Notes under the pieces: generated by a model
Database searches by the model: none
The model's input: the letters and a program-made list of their open reading frames with translations, nothing else
What the model was told of the DNA's origin: nothing
Origin: Alphaproteobacteria bacterium
GTDB taxonomy: Bacteria; Pseudomonadota; Alphaproteobacteria; SP197
Direction: 5' to 3'
Assembly (NCBI GenBank): GCA_964291415.2
Contig: OZ219920.1
Location: forward strand, 1,184,001-1,248,000
DNA length: 64,000 bases
Position numbers and translations under genes: made by a program
Shown here: piece after piece, positions 31,419 to 42,006 of the stretch
How the letters are laid out: each line of letters starts with the position of its first letter
How positions within the stretch are numbered: the stretch's first letter is position 1

Positions 31419-33575
31419 TCAGGCCTCCCCTGCCGAGTCGAGGCGGACGTAGGCCGGCGATGTCCGGCCTTCACGGACTTCGCCGAAGTAGACCGTCATG
31501 TGCGGATAGGGAATCTCGATACCGACCTCGTCGAATCCCAGTTTGAGGCGTCTCAGATACTCGCGGCGCACGCCCCACTGATACCCGGCAAGGGTGCGGA
31601 TCCGGAACCTGAGGGTCACCGACGAATCACCCAGATCATTGACGCCCAACACCTCAAGGTCTCCGGCAAGACGCTCGTTGAGGGTTTCGTCGCTGCGTGC
31701 TTCCTCGTCGATCCGCCGCACCACGTCGATCACCTTGTCCGTGTTCTCCTGGTAGGCGACACCGATGTCGATCACCGCGTAACCGAAGTCCCGCATCATG
31801 TTGGTGACAGAGGAGATGTCCCCGAAGGGGATTGTATGCACGTAGCCACTCAGATCGCGCAACTGCACGGTGCGCACGGACACGCTCTCGACTCCGCCCA
31901 TCTTGCCGCCAGCCTCGATCCAGTCACCCACCGTGAACTGATTCTCGAACAGGATGAAGGTGCCGGTGATAATGTCCTTGATGAGGGACTGTGCGCCAAA
32001 TCCGATGGCGAGCCCGATCACGCCGGCGCCTGCGAGCAATGGAGTTATGTCGAGTCCCAGCTCTCCGAGAATCGTCATGACGGCCACGCTCCCGATCACC
32101 ACGACGAGGATGTTCCTCGCCAGCGGGAGCAGGGTGAGGACCCGCGGGTTGGCCCCTTCCCCGTGACTGCGCCTGAGCTGGTTGGCGATGACCCCGTCAC
32201 CGACTTCCCAGACCAGTACAGCGATCACCGCAATCACGATGATCGCTATCAGCCTCCCAAGGAGATCGAGTCCCTCCGACGACAGGAAGATGTGCGTCGC
32301 CTCGACTCCCCAACTTTCCAGTGCGGCGATGATGGCGACGGTCCAGATCACCACATTGGTGAGGACGCCCACAAGATAGAGATAGCGATTGCTGCGCCGC
32401 TCAAGATCCGGAAATCTCTCCCTTAAGTCAGCGCCGATACGAAAGAGCCTCGACAGGGACCGCCGCGCCAGGGTGCTGGCCAATGCCCCGGCCAGCCCGG
32501 CGAGAAACGTGAAGGCAAGACCATGGAGAATGAACACCGTCCCCGAGCGCGCCTCGAAGACCCACACGGTGTAGGTGATGGCAACCGCAAGAATGGCCAT
32601 GACGTGCCAGACATCACCGAGGCGAGAGCGCATGAAATGCGTCCGGCCATCCGCCCCGCCGCCGATCCAGGCAGCGACGCCAGCCCGGTTCTGCAGGATG
32701 ATGACAATCGCCATGATGGCGAGAATCAGCCCGATGACACGTACCAGAGAGCCGACGCTCGCTTCGGGCGCACCCATCGTTTGCAGCAGGTCCGTGGCCA
32801 GGAATCCTGCGAGTCCAACTCCCCAGAAGCGGTTGAACCAGACCACCAGGTAGGCCGCCTCGCGATCGGCAATCGGCAACAGCCGGATGGCCGGGCGCAG
32901 CGGTGACAGGATGACCCGGACCAGAACGACGGCAGAGGCGTAGAGCCCGGCGATCGTGGCTGCCGTGAGGATGACCGCCATGGCGGCGGCATCGGGCGTC
33001 AGAACGACGGTGGCAAGCCAGGTCACAAGGAGGAAACCCATGACCGGCGCAACGCCAAGCAGAAATCGGGAGCCGGCATCGATCAGCCGCTCCATCACGC
33101 TTGCTCCCTCGTCTTCCTGCAATCTCTTCCGTGGAGCGGCTGTGAGACCGAGGACTGCCAGCCAGGCGAGGATGCCGGCGGCCAGGGCGAGCCCGGCCTG
33201 GCCCGCGATCCGGAAGAGCCCGGAACCGAAGTCCTGGCGCGACACGCTATCGATGATCCAGCCTGTCAACTGTCTGCCGTCATCAAGGCTCGCCAGGAGA
33301 TCCTTCATTCTCTGATCGAGTCCGGAGATGCCGGAGACGTTTTCCTGTCCTGTGGCCTCGTCTCCGCTCGATGCCAGCGCATTGAGACTGTCGATCAGTT
33401 GCTGGCGCTTGGCAGGATCCTCGAGAATGGACACGAGCTCGGGGATGGCGTCGACGGTCTCCTGTGCCGCAGCAGGCGCAAGAGGCAAGGTGAACATCCA
33501 CAGTGCGAGCAGCCCCGGAAGCGGGAGATGGCGCAGCACGGTCAGCATGAACTGGTATCCCGGATACTGGGTCAT
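31419..33575 (-). CDS. Mechanosensitive channel, large MscS/YbiO type
   Basis: Multi-TM N-terminal region; PLLAGAGVIGLAIGFGAQSLIKD, ENQFTVGD, GIEIPYPH; start 33575 or 33548. Confidence 0.9.
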   Translation of the reverse strand: MTQYPGYQFMLTVLRHLPLPGLLALWMFTLPLAPAAAQETVDAIPELVSILEDPAKRQQLIDSLNALASSGDEATGQENVSGISGLDQRMKDLLASLDDGRQLTGWIIDSVSRQDFGSGLFRIAGQAGLALAAGILAWLAVLGLTAAPRKRLQEDEGASVMERLIDAGSRFLLGVAPVMGFLLVTWLATVVLTPDAAAMAVILTAATIAGLYASAVVLVRVILSPLRPAIRLLPIADREAAYLVVWFNRFWGVGLAGFLATDLLQTMGAPEASVGSLVRVIGLILAIMAIVIILQNRAGVAAWIGGGADGRTHFMRSRLGDVWHVMAILAVAITYTVWVFEARSGTVFILHGLAFTFLAGLAGALASTLARRSLSRLFRIGADLRERFPDLERRSNRYLYLVGVLTNVVIWTVAIIAALESWGVEATHIFLSSEGLDLLGRLIAIIVIAVIAVLVWEVGDGVIANQLRRSHGEGANPRVLTLLPLARNILVVVIGSVAVMTILGELGLDITPLLAGAGVIGLAIGFGAQSLIKDIITGTFILFENQFTVGDWIEAGGKMGGVESVSVRTVQLRDLSGYVHTIPFGDISSVTNMMRDFGYAVIDIGVAYQENTDKVIDVVRRIDEEARSDETLNERLAGDLEVLGVNDLGDSSVTLRFRIRTLAGYQWGVRREYLRRLKLGFDEVGIEIPYPHMTVYFGEVREGRTSPAYVRLDSAGEA

Positions 33576-33950
33576 GTGAGTGTAGCGATGCCGGGATGGC
33601 AATCCAGTCGCCAGGAAAATCCCGCGCAATGAGCGGTGGAGTGTTCCGGCGACACCGTGCGGAACGCACTCAGTCGACCTTGGAACGGTGCCCGACTTCA
33701 ATCCATCCTGCGCCGCGATGTCGTGTTCGTCGTTGCATGGCGGCTGCCGTTCAACCCGGAATCGGCACTCTTCCCACTGTCGTTCCCTTGAAGGGCGGTG
33801 CGCAACCGCAGGGACCCGGCGCGATCTGGTCGGTCGGCGGTTCGCCGTCACCGGGGCGGCGCTACTCAGCCTTCTCCCGTGCTTGAGTGACGGGCTCCCT
33901 GCCGATACAGTCCGCGCCGCTAGTGAAGACAGTCCGATCGGGAATCATCC

Positions 33951-34088
33951 ATGGCCGAAGTCATCGCCGACTGGCAACGTGCCGACAGCGAACACCTTTC
34001 CACCTACAAGCGGGTGATGCGCCTGACCGTGGCGTCGACGGTGTCATGCATCGTTGTTCTCGTGCTGCTTGCCGTCTTCCTGCTTTGA
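33951..34088 (+). CDS. Small membrane protein, aa3-type cytochrome c oxidase subunit IV-like (45 aa; not in the ORF track)
   Basis: Manual translation MAEVIADWQRADSEHLSTYKRVMRLTVASTVSCIVVLVLLAVFLL*: EHxxTY followed by one C-terminal TM helix. Confidence 0.75.
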   Translation: MAEVIADWQRADSEHLSTYKRVMRLTVASTVSCIVVLVLLAVFLL

Positions 34089-34561
34089 AGGTCATTTCCG
34101 GGGGGCAGACGGGCGCCGACAGGGCGGCGCTCGACGCCGCGCTGGCCCGTGGCGGGCCAGCCGGCGGGTGGTGTCCCAAGGGCCGAATGGCTGAAGACGG
34201 CATCATAGACGACCGCTATCCACTGACCGAAACCTCCCGGCGTGACTACGCCCAGCGCACGCGCTTCAACGTGCGCGATTCCGACGCCACGCTCATCGTG
34301 GCGCGACGGCCATTGACAGGAGGCACCGCGCTCACCGAACGACTGGCACTGGCATCCGGCAAACCCTGCCTCGTGGTGCATCCCGACGATACACCGGATG
34401 TCATCGCCGTCTGCCGGAGCTGGATGGAACGGCACGGGGTGCGGACTCTCAATGTCGCCGGCCCCCGCCACAGCACCACCACCTCGGCTTACTCCGACAC
34501 CAGACGCATCATGGATGACCTGCTCGCCCCCTACTCCTCGTCACGCAGCAGCCGCAGGTAG
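34085..34561 (+). CDS. SLOG-superfamily 'putative molybdenum carrier' protein
   Basis: TTG start overlapping the upstream stop (TTGA); KVISGGQTGADRAALD, GGWCPKGR, RTRFNVRDSDAT, LNVAGPR. Confidence 0.85.
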   Translation: MKVISGGQTGADRAALDAALARGGPAGGWCPKGRMAEDGIIDDRYPLTETSRRDYAQRTRFNVRDSDATLIVARRPLTGGTALTERLALASGKPCLVVHPDDTPDVIAVCRSWMERHGVRTLNVAGPRHSTTTSAYSDTRRIMDDLLAPYSSSRSSRR

Positions 34562-35444
34562 GTCTCCATGCGACCTGATGGAATGGCCCCGGACCGGACT
34601 GCCACACGCACGGCGCATCCCGGTTCGTGGTCGTGCGTGCAGTCACGGAACCGACAGCGATGGCCGGTCTCGTCAATGTCGGGGAACAGCTCGGACAGTT
34701 CTTCGCGGGTGATGCCGGCAAGGCCCAGGGAACGGATTCCCGGAGTATCGATGAGGGCCGTGCCCCCACCAAGGTCATAGAGCGATGATCGGGCGGTGGT
34801 ATGCCTCCCTTGCCGCCGCCGGCCGCCGAGACCTCCGACGCGGGCATTCTGCGAGCCGGTCAGCGCGTTGACGAGGGAGGACTTTCCGACACCGCTCGGA
34901 CCGGTCAGGACAACGGTCTTTCCCCTGATACAGCCGACCAGCCGGTCCAGTCCTTCCCCCGTTGCCGCGGAAACCTCAATGATCGTCAGTCCCGCCCGGC
35001 GGTAATCGGCAAGGTCCGGACGCGGTCTCTCGAGGTCGATCTTGTTGAGCACGACAATGACCTCGACACCGCCTCTGGCGGCGATCACCGCGTAGCGGTC
35101 GATGATGCGGGGATGAAACGGCGGATTGGCCACCGAGACGACGACAAGGGCGTGATCGATGTTGGCTGCGAGAACGTGTTCCGTGGCACCCCCGGAAAGG
35201 CGCCTGCTGGCATCTCGTCGCCAACGGGCCAGCACCCCGCGTCTCTCAAGGACCGTGTCGATCCTCGGCGGCCTGGTTCCTGCTGTGACGCGCACCCGGT
35301 CGCCCACCACCGGATAGGGATCGATGCCCGGGCGTGGAGCGCAGCGTACCGGGTCACCATCCAGTTCCACGGTCACGAGTATTCCATGCACCTCGATGAC
35401 GCGGCAGATGCGCCCAATCCCCGTTGTCGACTTGGCAGGTCCTG

Positions 35445-35448
<4 letters not shown>
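34531..35448 (-). CDS. rsgA: Ribosome small subunit-dependent GTPase A
   Basis: Circularly permuted NKID...GPSGVGKSS...GRHTT...DTPG; zinc finger CRFRDCTHDHEPGC. Confidence 0.94.
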
Positions 35449-37121
<1,673 letters not shown>

Positions 37122-37241
37122 GGTCGGGGAGGCCTTCTGCACCTGTACACCGCGTCATGTTAGCACGACATGGTCATCGGCAAGACGCGTGAGCGCCCGT
37201 GAATTTGGCCACCGACGGGTGCGATGCCGTATGGTTGTCGC

Positions 37242-38513
37242 ATGACCTCGCTGTGCCGCACTTGCGGCCATCGGCCGCAATCCGGTTCCGAGGCTTGCGA
37301 TGCCTGCGGGTCACGACGCATCGTGAGCCATCCGGAGCTTGATGAACTCGCCATCGCCCATCTCGATTGCGACGCCTTCTATGCGACTATCGAGAAACGG
37401 GATCGACCGGAGCTTGCCGATGTGCCGGTGATCGTCGGCGGCCGCCATCGCGGGGTGGTCGCCGCCTGCTGCTATATTGCCCGGTCCTTCGGTGTGCGCT
37501 CGGCCATGCCCATGTTCCGAGCCCTGAAGCTGTGTCCTGAAGCCCATGTCATCGCCCCAGACATGGGGAAGTACGTCGCCACGGGGAATGAAGTCCGCAG
37601 CTTGATGCAGAACGTGACACCGCTGGTTGAGACACTCTCGATCGACGAGGCGTTCATGGATCTCTCCGGAACCAGGACCCTGCATGGTGGCTCGCCCGCC
37701 CGGACTCTTGCACGCCTGGCCAACCAGATCGATCGGGAGCTGGGCATCACGGTGTCCATCGGACTGAGTTACAACAAGTTTCTTGCCAAGATCGCCTCCG
37801 ACCTCGACAAGCCTTGCGGGTTTGCGATCATCGGTCGTGGCGAGGCACGGCGCTTTCTTGCCGACAAGCCCGTCAGCCTTCTCTGGGGCGTGGGCCATGC
37901 GACCCGTCGCCGCCTGGCACGCGACGGCATCACCCTGATCGGTGACCTTGCCCGCATCGATGAAGCGGAACTGGTCGCGCGCTACGGCAAGATTGGCCAC
38001 CGATTCTTCCGGTTCAGCCGGGGCGAGGATGATCGAGTGGTGGAGCCGGAAGGCGAGACTCGGAGCATTTCTTCCGAGACCACCCTCCATGACGACACGG
38101 CGGAGTTTCCGATACTGCGCAGGGTGCTCTGGCAGCTCTCGGAGAACGTCGCCGAACGCATGAAAAAGGCCGGATTGGCCTCAAGAGGTGTCGCGCTCAA
38201 ACTGAAGACCTCGAACTTTCGCATCATCACCCGCACCCGCCACCTGCAACATCCCACCCGATCGGCCGAGGAGATCTTTCTTGTCGGTGAAGGACTGTTG
38301 GCCCGCGAAACCGATGGCCGGCGCTTCCGTCTGATCGGCATCGGCGTGCACGACTTCGTCGATTCCAGAGATACCGCGTTTGGCGACCTCTTCGAGCACG
38401 CGCGAAAGCAGTCCAACGCACGGGTTGACGAGGCGCTCGATGCCGTCCGCGAGAAATTCGGGAAGGACTCGCTGGTCAGGGGCCGCGGCTTCGGCGACCC
38501 TTCGGAGCCGTAG
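37242..38513 (+). CDS. dinB: DNA polymerase IV (Y family) with N-terminal CxxC..CxxC
   Basis: HLDCDAFYATIE, YIARSFGVRSAMP, SIDEAF, KFLAKIASDLDKP. Confidence 0.95.
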   Translation: MTSLCRTCGHRPQSGSEACDACGSRRIVSHPELDELAIAHLDCDAFYATIEKRDRPELADVPVIVGGRHRGVVAACCYIARSFGVRSAMPMFRALKLCPEAHVIAPDMGKYVATGNEVRSLMQNVTPLVETLSIDEAFMDLSGTRTLHGGSPARTLARLANQIDRELGITVSIGLSYNKFLAKIASDLDKPCGFAIIGRGEARRFLADKPVSLLWGVGHATRRRLARDGITLIGDLARIDEAELVARYGKIGHRFFRFSRGEDDRVVEPEGETRSISSETTLHDDTAEFPILRRVLWQLSENVAERMKKAGLASRGVALKLKTSNFRIITRTRHLQHPTRSAEEIFLVGEGLLARETDGRRFRLIGIGVHDFVDSRDTAFGDLFEHARKQSNARVDEALDAVREKFGKDSLVRGRGFGDPSEP

Positions 38514-38520
38514 GCAGTCA

Positions 38521-38547
38521 GGGCGCCAGGCGAAACACCTGGCGCCC
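38521..38547. terminator. Inverted repeat between convergent dinB and ibpA
   Basis: Perfect 10-bp stem GGGCGCCAGG-CGAAACA-CCTGGCGCCC; no strong U-tract on either strand. Confidence 0.55.
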
Positions 38548-38570
38548 CGATGCAGGATGGAGTGAAGGTG

Positions 38571-39032
38571 TCAGGCCGCCTTGCGCGGATTCTCGATCTG
38601 GCGCTGGTCCTGGCCCGTCGAAATCCTGATCGTCCGCGGCTTCAGCGCTTCCGGCACCTCTCGTACGAGGTCAACGTGAAGCAGTCCGTTCTCCAGTGCC
38701 GCTGCGGACACATGGACATGGTCTGCCAGCTGGAAGGCGCGCTTGAAGCTCCGGCCCGCGATGCCGCGATACAGATAGGTGCGCTCCTTGTCACCATCGG
38801 CGTTGACCGAACCGGAAACCGTCACGGTCCCGTCCTTGACCTCGATCGTGAGGTCGTCCTCGCCGAAACCGGCGACGGCCATGGTGATGCGGTAGTCGTT
38901 GTCGCCCCTCTTCTCGATGTTGTAGGGCGGATACCCATCCTCGCCCGTGCGGGAACTGGCTTCGAGCAGATTCATCATGCGGTCGAAGCCGACGGTCGAA
39001 CGAAACAGGGGAGAAAAATCGAAGCGTGTCAT
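38571..39032 (-). CDS. ibpA: Small heat-shock protein (Hsp20, class A)
   Basis: MTRFDFSPLFRSTVGFDR, YPPYNIE, YLYRGIA.RSF.R.FQLAD, LENGLLHVDL. Confidence 0.95.
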   Translation of the reverse strand: MTRFDFSPLFRSTVGFDRMMNLLEASSRTGEDGYPPYNIEKRGDNDYRITMAVAGFGEDDLTIEVKDGTVTVSGSVNADGDKERTYLYRGIAGRSFKRAFQLADHVHVSAAALENGLLHVDLVREVPEALKPRTIRISTGQDQRQIENPRKAA

Positions 39033-39035
39033 CGT

Positions 39036-39088
39036 ACATATCCTCCGGTTGAGCGGTATGTGCAGTCGGTCCCCCCGAAGGCAGGACC
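39036..39088 (-). promoter_or_regulatory. ROSE-like RNA thermometer in the ibpA 5' UTR
   Basis: mRNA has a cUUCGg hairpin (39068-39088), then ACAUACCGCUC-AACCG-GAGGAUAUGU, which sequesters the SD with a bulged G opposite AGGA. Confidence 0.7.
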
Positions 39089-39140
39089 CCTTTGCTCCCG
39101 TCTGGTCTTCCATATGAGGCAAGGGACGGTCGCACCCGGT

Positions 39141-39169
39141 GATATGGGATGAAGACGGGCGCTTTCAAG
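39141..39169 (-). promoter_or_regulatory. RpoH (sigma-32) promoter
   Basis: Minus strand CTTGAA-N15-CCCATATC, about 110 bp upstream of ibpA. Confidence 0.85.
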
Positions 39170-39276
39170 GCATCAGCGACGATCCGCCAGCCGCCTCGGG
39201 AACCTGTTGCGGAAGACTGTCTGCATCGCCGACTGTCTGGTACCAATGGCGGCGGACAGTGCAGGAGTTGGCAGCC

Positions 39277-40371
39277 ATGCCGGAATCTTTCGACCTGCTC
39301 GCCCTGGGTGGCGATGGCATCGGGCCGGAAGTAACCGGCTGCGCGCTCAAGGTTCTCGAGAAGGCCTGCGACAGCGACATTCGCGTCGACATTACCGAGG
39401 ATCTCCTGCACGGCGCCTGTTACGATGAAACAGGAACCTTCCTCGAGGAGACAACTCTCGACCACGCCAAAAGTGCGGACGCCGTTCTCGTCGGCGCCAC
39501 GGGAGGTCCTCGATGGGATCACATCCGCCCTGCCGGTGAGGCGGCCCAGTCGGACGGCCTCATGCAGTTGCGCATGGAACTCGACACCTATGCCGGCCTG
39601 CGCCCGGCACGCGCGATTGACTGTCTCGAACCGCTGACCCCCTATCGGCCGGGTCTGACGGCCGGTGCCGATGTGCTGGTGCTGCGGGAAATGACCGGTG
39701 GCAACTTCTTTTCCGCAGAGAGGGGAGTCGACCGGCCGCCGCAAGCCCCTCGGCGGGGATACGATCTCGGAGTCTATGACGAGTATCAGATAGCCCGCTT
39801 CGCCCACGTCGGCTTCCGGCTTGCCGAAAAAAGGCGCCGGCATCTTGTTTCGGCCGACAAGTCCAACGTCATGGAAATGCACGTCCTGTGGCGCGAAGTG
39901 GTCTCCGAGGTCGCCCTGGACTATCCCGGAATCACTCTGGAACATCTCTACGCCGACAACGCGAGCTACCAGCTCGCCCGCGACCCGGGACGATTCGACG
40001 TCATCATGGCCGACAACCTCTTCGGAGACGTACTGAGCGACCAGGCAGGCGTCATTGTCGCCAGCCTCGGCATGTTGCCTTCGGCCTGTCTGACCGGATG
40101 TCCCGACGACGCCACGCGGGTCCGCGGTATCTTCGAACCGGTCCACGGATCCGCCCCCGACATTGCCGGCGAGGGAATAGCCAATCCCGTCGGCGCCATT
40201 CTCTCGGTCGCCATGATGTTTGACTACGCCTTCGGCCGTGCGGATATCGCGAGGACCATCGAAGGCGCCGTGGTCGCTGCTCTCGAAGGGGGCGCCCGGA
40301 CGCGGGATCTCGGAGGCAGGCTCTCAAGTGCTGCCATGACCGACGCTGTTCTCGCAGAACTTGATGCCTGA
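39277..40371 (+). CDS. Isopropylmalate/tartrate-type beta-decarboxylating dehydrogenase (LeuB paralogue)
   Basis: GDGIGPEV, LRMELDTYAGLRP, DKSNV, DNLFGDVLSD, EPVHGSAPDIAG; no leuCD nearby. Confidence 0.8.
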   Translation: MPESFDLLALGGDGIGPEVTGCALKVLEKACDSDIRVDITEDLLHGACYDETGTFLEETTLDHAKSADAVLVGATGGPRWDHIRPAGEAAQSDGLMQLRMELDTYAGLRPARAIDCLEPLTPYRPGLTAGADVLVLREMTGGNFFSAERGVDRPPQAPRRGYDLGVYDEYQIARFAHVGFRLAEKRRRHLVSADKSNVMEMHVLWREVVSEVALDYPGITLEHLYADNASYQLARDPGRFDVIMADNLFGDVLSDQAGVIVASLGMLPSACLTGCPDDATRVRGIFEPVHGSAPDIAGEGIANPVGAILSVAMMFDYAFGRADIARTIEGAVVAALEGGARTRDLGGRLSSAAMTDAVLAELDA

Positions 40372-42005
40372 TGGAGACACAGTCCATGACGAACCGGATG
40401 ACATGCGGTGAAGCGACGATCCGACTCCTGGGACACTACGGCGTCCGGGAGGTCTTCGGCATCCCTGGTGTCCATACCCTCGACTTCTGCCGGGGTCTCG
40501 ATACCGGTGAGGTCCGCCACATCCAGTCGCGCAATGAACAGGGGGCGGGGTTCATGGCCGAGGGGTACGCCCGGGCCACCGGAAAGCCCGGGGTGGCGCT
40601 GGTCATCTCCGGACCAGGTGTGACGAATGCCGCCACCGCCGTCGGCCAGGCCTGGGCCGATTCGCTGCCCCTTCTCCTGCTCTCGGCGGAGGCATCGAGC
40701 GAGACCATCGGCAAGGGCTGGGGTGTGCTCCACGAGATCACCGAACAAAGGGAAGTCACGCGGCCCCTGACGGCTCTCAGCGCCACGGCACACCGGCCGC
40801 AGGATGTTCCCGAACTGATGGCCCAGGCGTTTTCCATATTCGCCGGCGAAAGACCCCGGCCGGTCCACTTGTCGATCCCGATCGATGTTCTCGGTCAGGA
40901 GGTTGGCGATGACTGGCAACCGGTGCCCCTGCCCTCGAGGCCCGGGCCAGCCGCAGGCCTGGTGGACGACGCAGCGGCAGTGCTGCGTGCCGCCACGCGG
41001 CCCGTCATCATGATAGGAGGCGGGGCAGCGGAAGCGGGGCCCGGTCTCACCCGGGTCGCCGAAGCTCTGGGCGCCGCCGTCATCGCCAGCACCGCCGGCA
41101 AGGGGATCGTTCCGGATGACCATCCCTTGAGTCTCTCCGGCAGCACGGTCCGCGAGGAAGTCCGCCAGTTCCTCGGGCAGGCCGACGCTATCCTTGCGGT
41201 CGGCACGGAACTCTCCGAGACCGACAGCTTTGTCGAACGCCTCGACATCAATGGCCGACTCATCAGGGTCGACATCGACCCAGGCAAGATGAACGATCTC
41301 TATCCAGCGGATGTCGCGATCATTTCCGACGCCGCCCCCGTGATCGAACGACTGGCTTGCCTGCTTGAAGGCCATGACGGCGCCACCGTGCGCCGCAGCA
41401 CCGAGAATTCCATCAGGTGCATTCGATCCGCGATGATGACCAACCTGACAACGTCCGAACGCCAGCATGTCAGACTTCTGGAACGCCTGCGATCCGTGAC
41501 ACCTCGTGACACGGTGTTTGCCGGCGATGCCTGCCAGCTGGTCTACACCGGAGCGTTTGCCTTTCCGGTCTTCGCGCCCCGCCAGTGGTTCTACCCTGCC
41601 GGGTACTGTGCCCTTGGCTGTGCGCTGCCCAACGCCATCGGCGCCATGCGTGCGCCCGGCGAGCGACCTGTCGTCGCCATCGCCGGTGATGGCGGCTTCA
41701 TGTTCACCATGCCCGAACTCATGGTTGCCAGTGATCTCGGGCTGGCGCTGCCCGTGATCATCTGGGAGAACGGCGGCCTCAAGCAGATCCAGGATGATCT
41801 CGACAGCCGCGGCATCCACCGGGTAGGGGTGGAGGGGAGCAATCCGGACTTTCTGATGCTCGCCCGTGCCTGTCGTGCCCATGCCGTACGTCCGGACAGT
41901 CTCGACGGCTTCGCGGATGCCGTCATCCAGGCTCTCGGGGCATCGAGGCCGACCATCATTGCTGTCGAGGAGGGAGCCTCCTGGCTCATGGCGGATGACA
42001 CCTGA
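40371..42005 (+). CDS. ThDP-dependent decarboxylase, AruI (5-guanidino-2-oxopentanoate decarboxylase)-like
   Basis: TCGE..IRLL..YGV..VFGIPGVHT, EQGAGFMAEGYAR, GDGGFMFT...WEN. Confidence 0.8.
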   Translation: METQSMTNRMTCGEATIRLLGHYGVREVFGIPGVHTLDFCRGLDTGEVRHIQSRNEQGAGFMAEGYARATGKPGVALVISGPGVTNAATAVGQAWADSLPLLLLSAEASSETIGKGWGVLHEITEQREVTRPLTALSATAHRPQDVPELMAQAFSIFAGERPRPVHLSIPIDVLGQEVGDDWQPVPLPSRPGPAAGLVDDAAAVLRAATRPVIMIGGGAAEAGPGLTRVAEALGAAVIASTAGKGIVPDDHPLSLSGSTVREEVRQFLGQADAILAVGTELSETDSFVERLDINGRLIRVDIDPGKMNDLYPADVAIISDAAPVIERLACLLEGHDGATVRRSTENSIRCIRSAMMTNLTTSERQHVRLLERLRSVTPRDTVFAGDACQLVYTGAFAFPVFAPRQWFYPAGYCALGCALPNAIGAMRAPGERPVVAIAGDGGFMFTMPELMVASDLGLALPVIIWENGGLKQIQDDLDSRGIHRVGVEGSNPDFLMLARACRAHAVRPDSLDGFADAVIQALGASRPTIIAVEEGASWLMADDT

Positions 42006-42006
42006 A

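Noticed and set aside
37143-37241. LexA box upstream of dinB
   Set aside because: No alphaproteobacterial GTTC-N7-GTTC repeat found.
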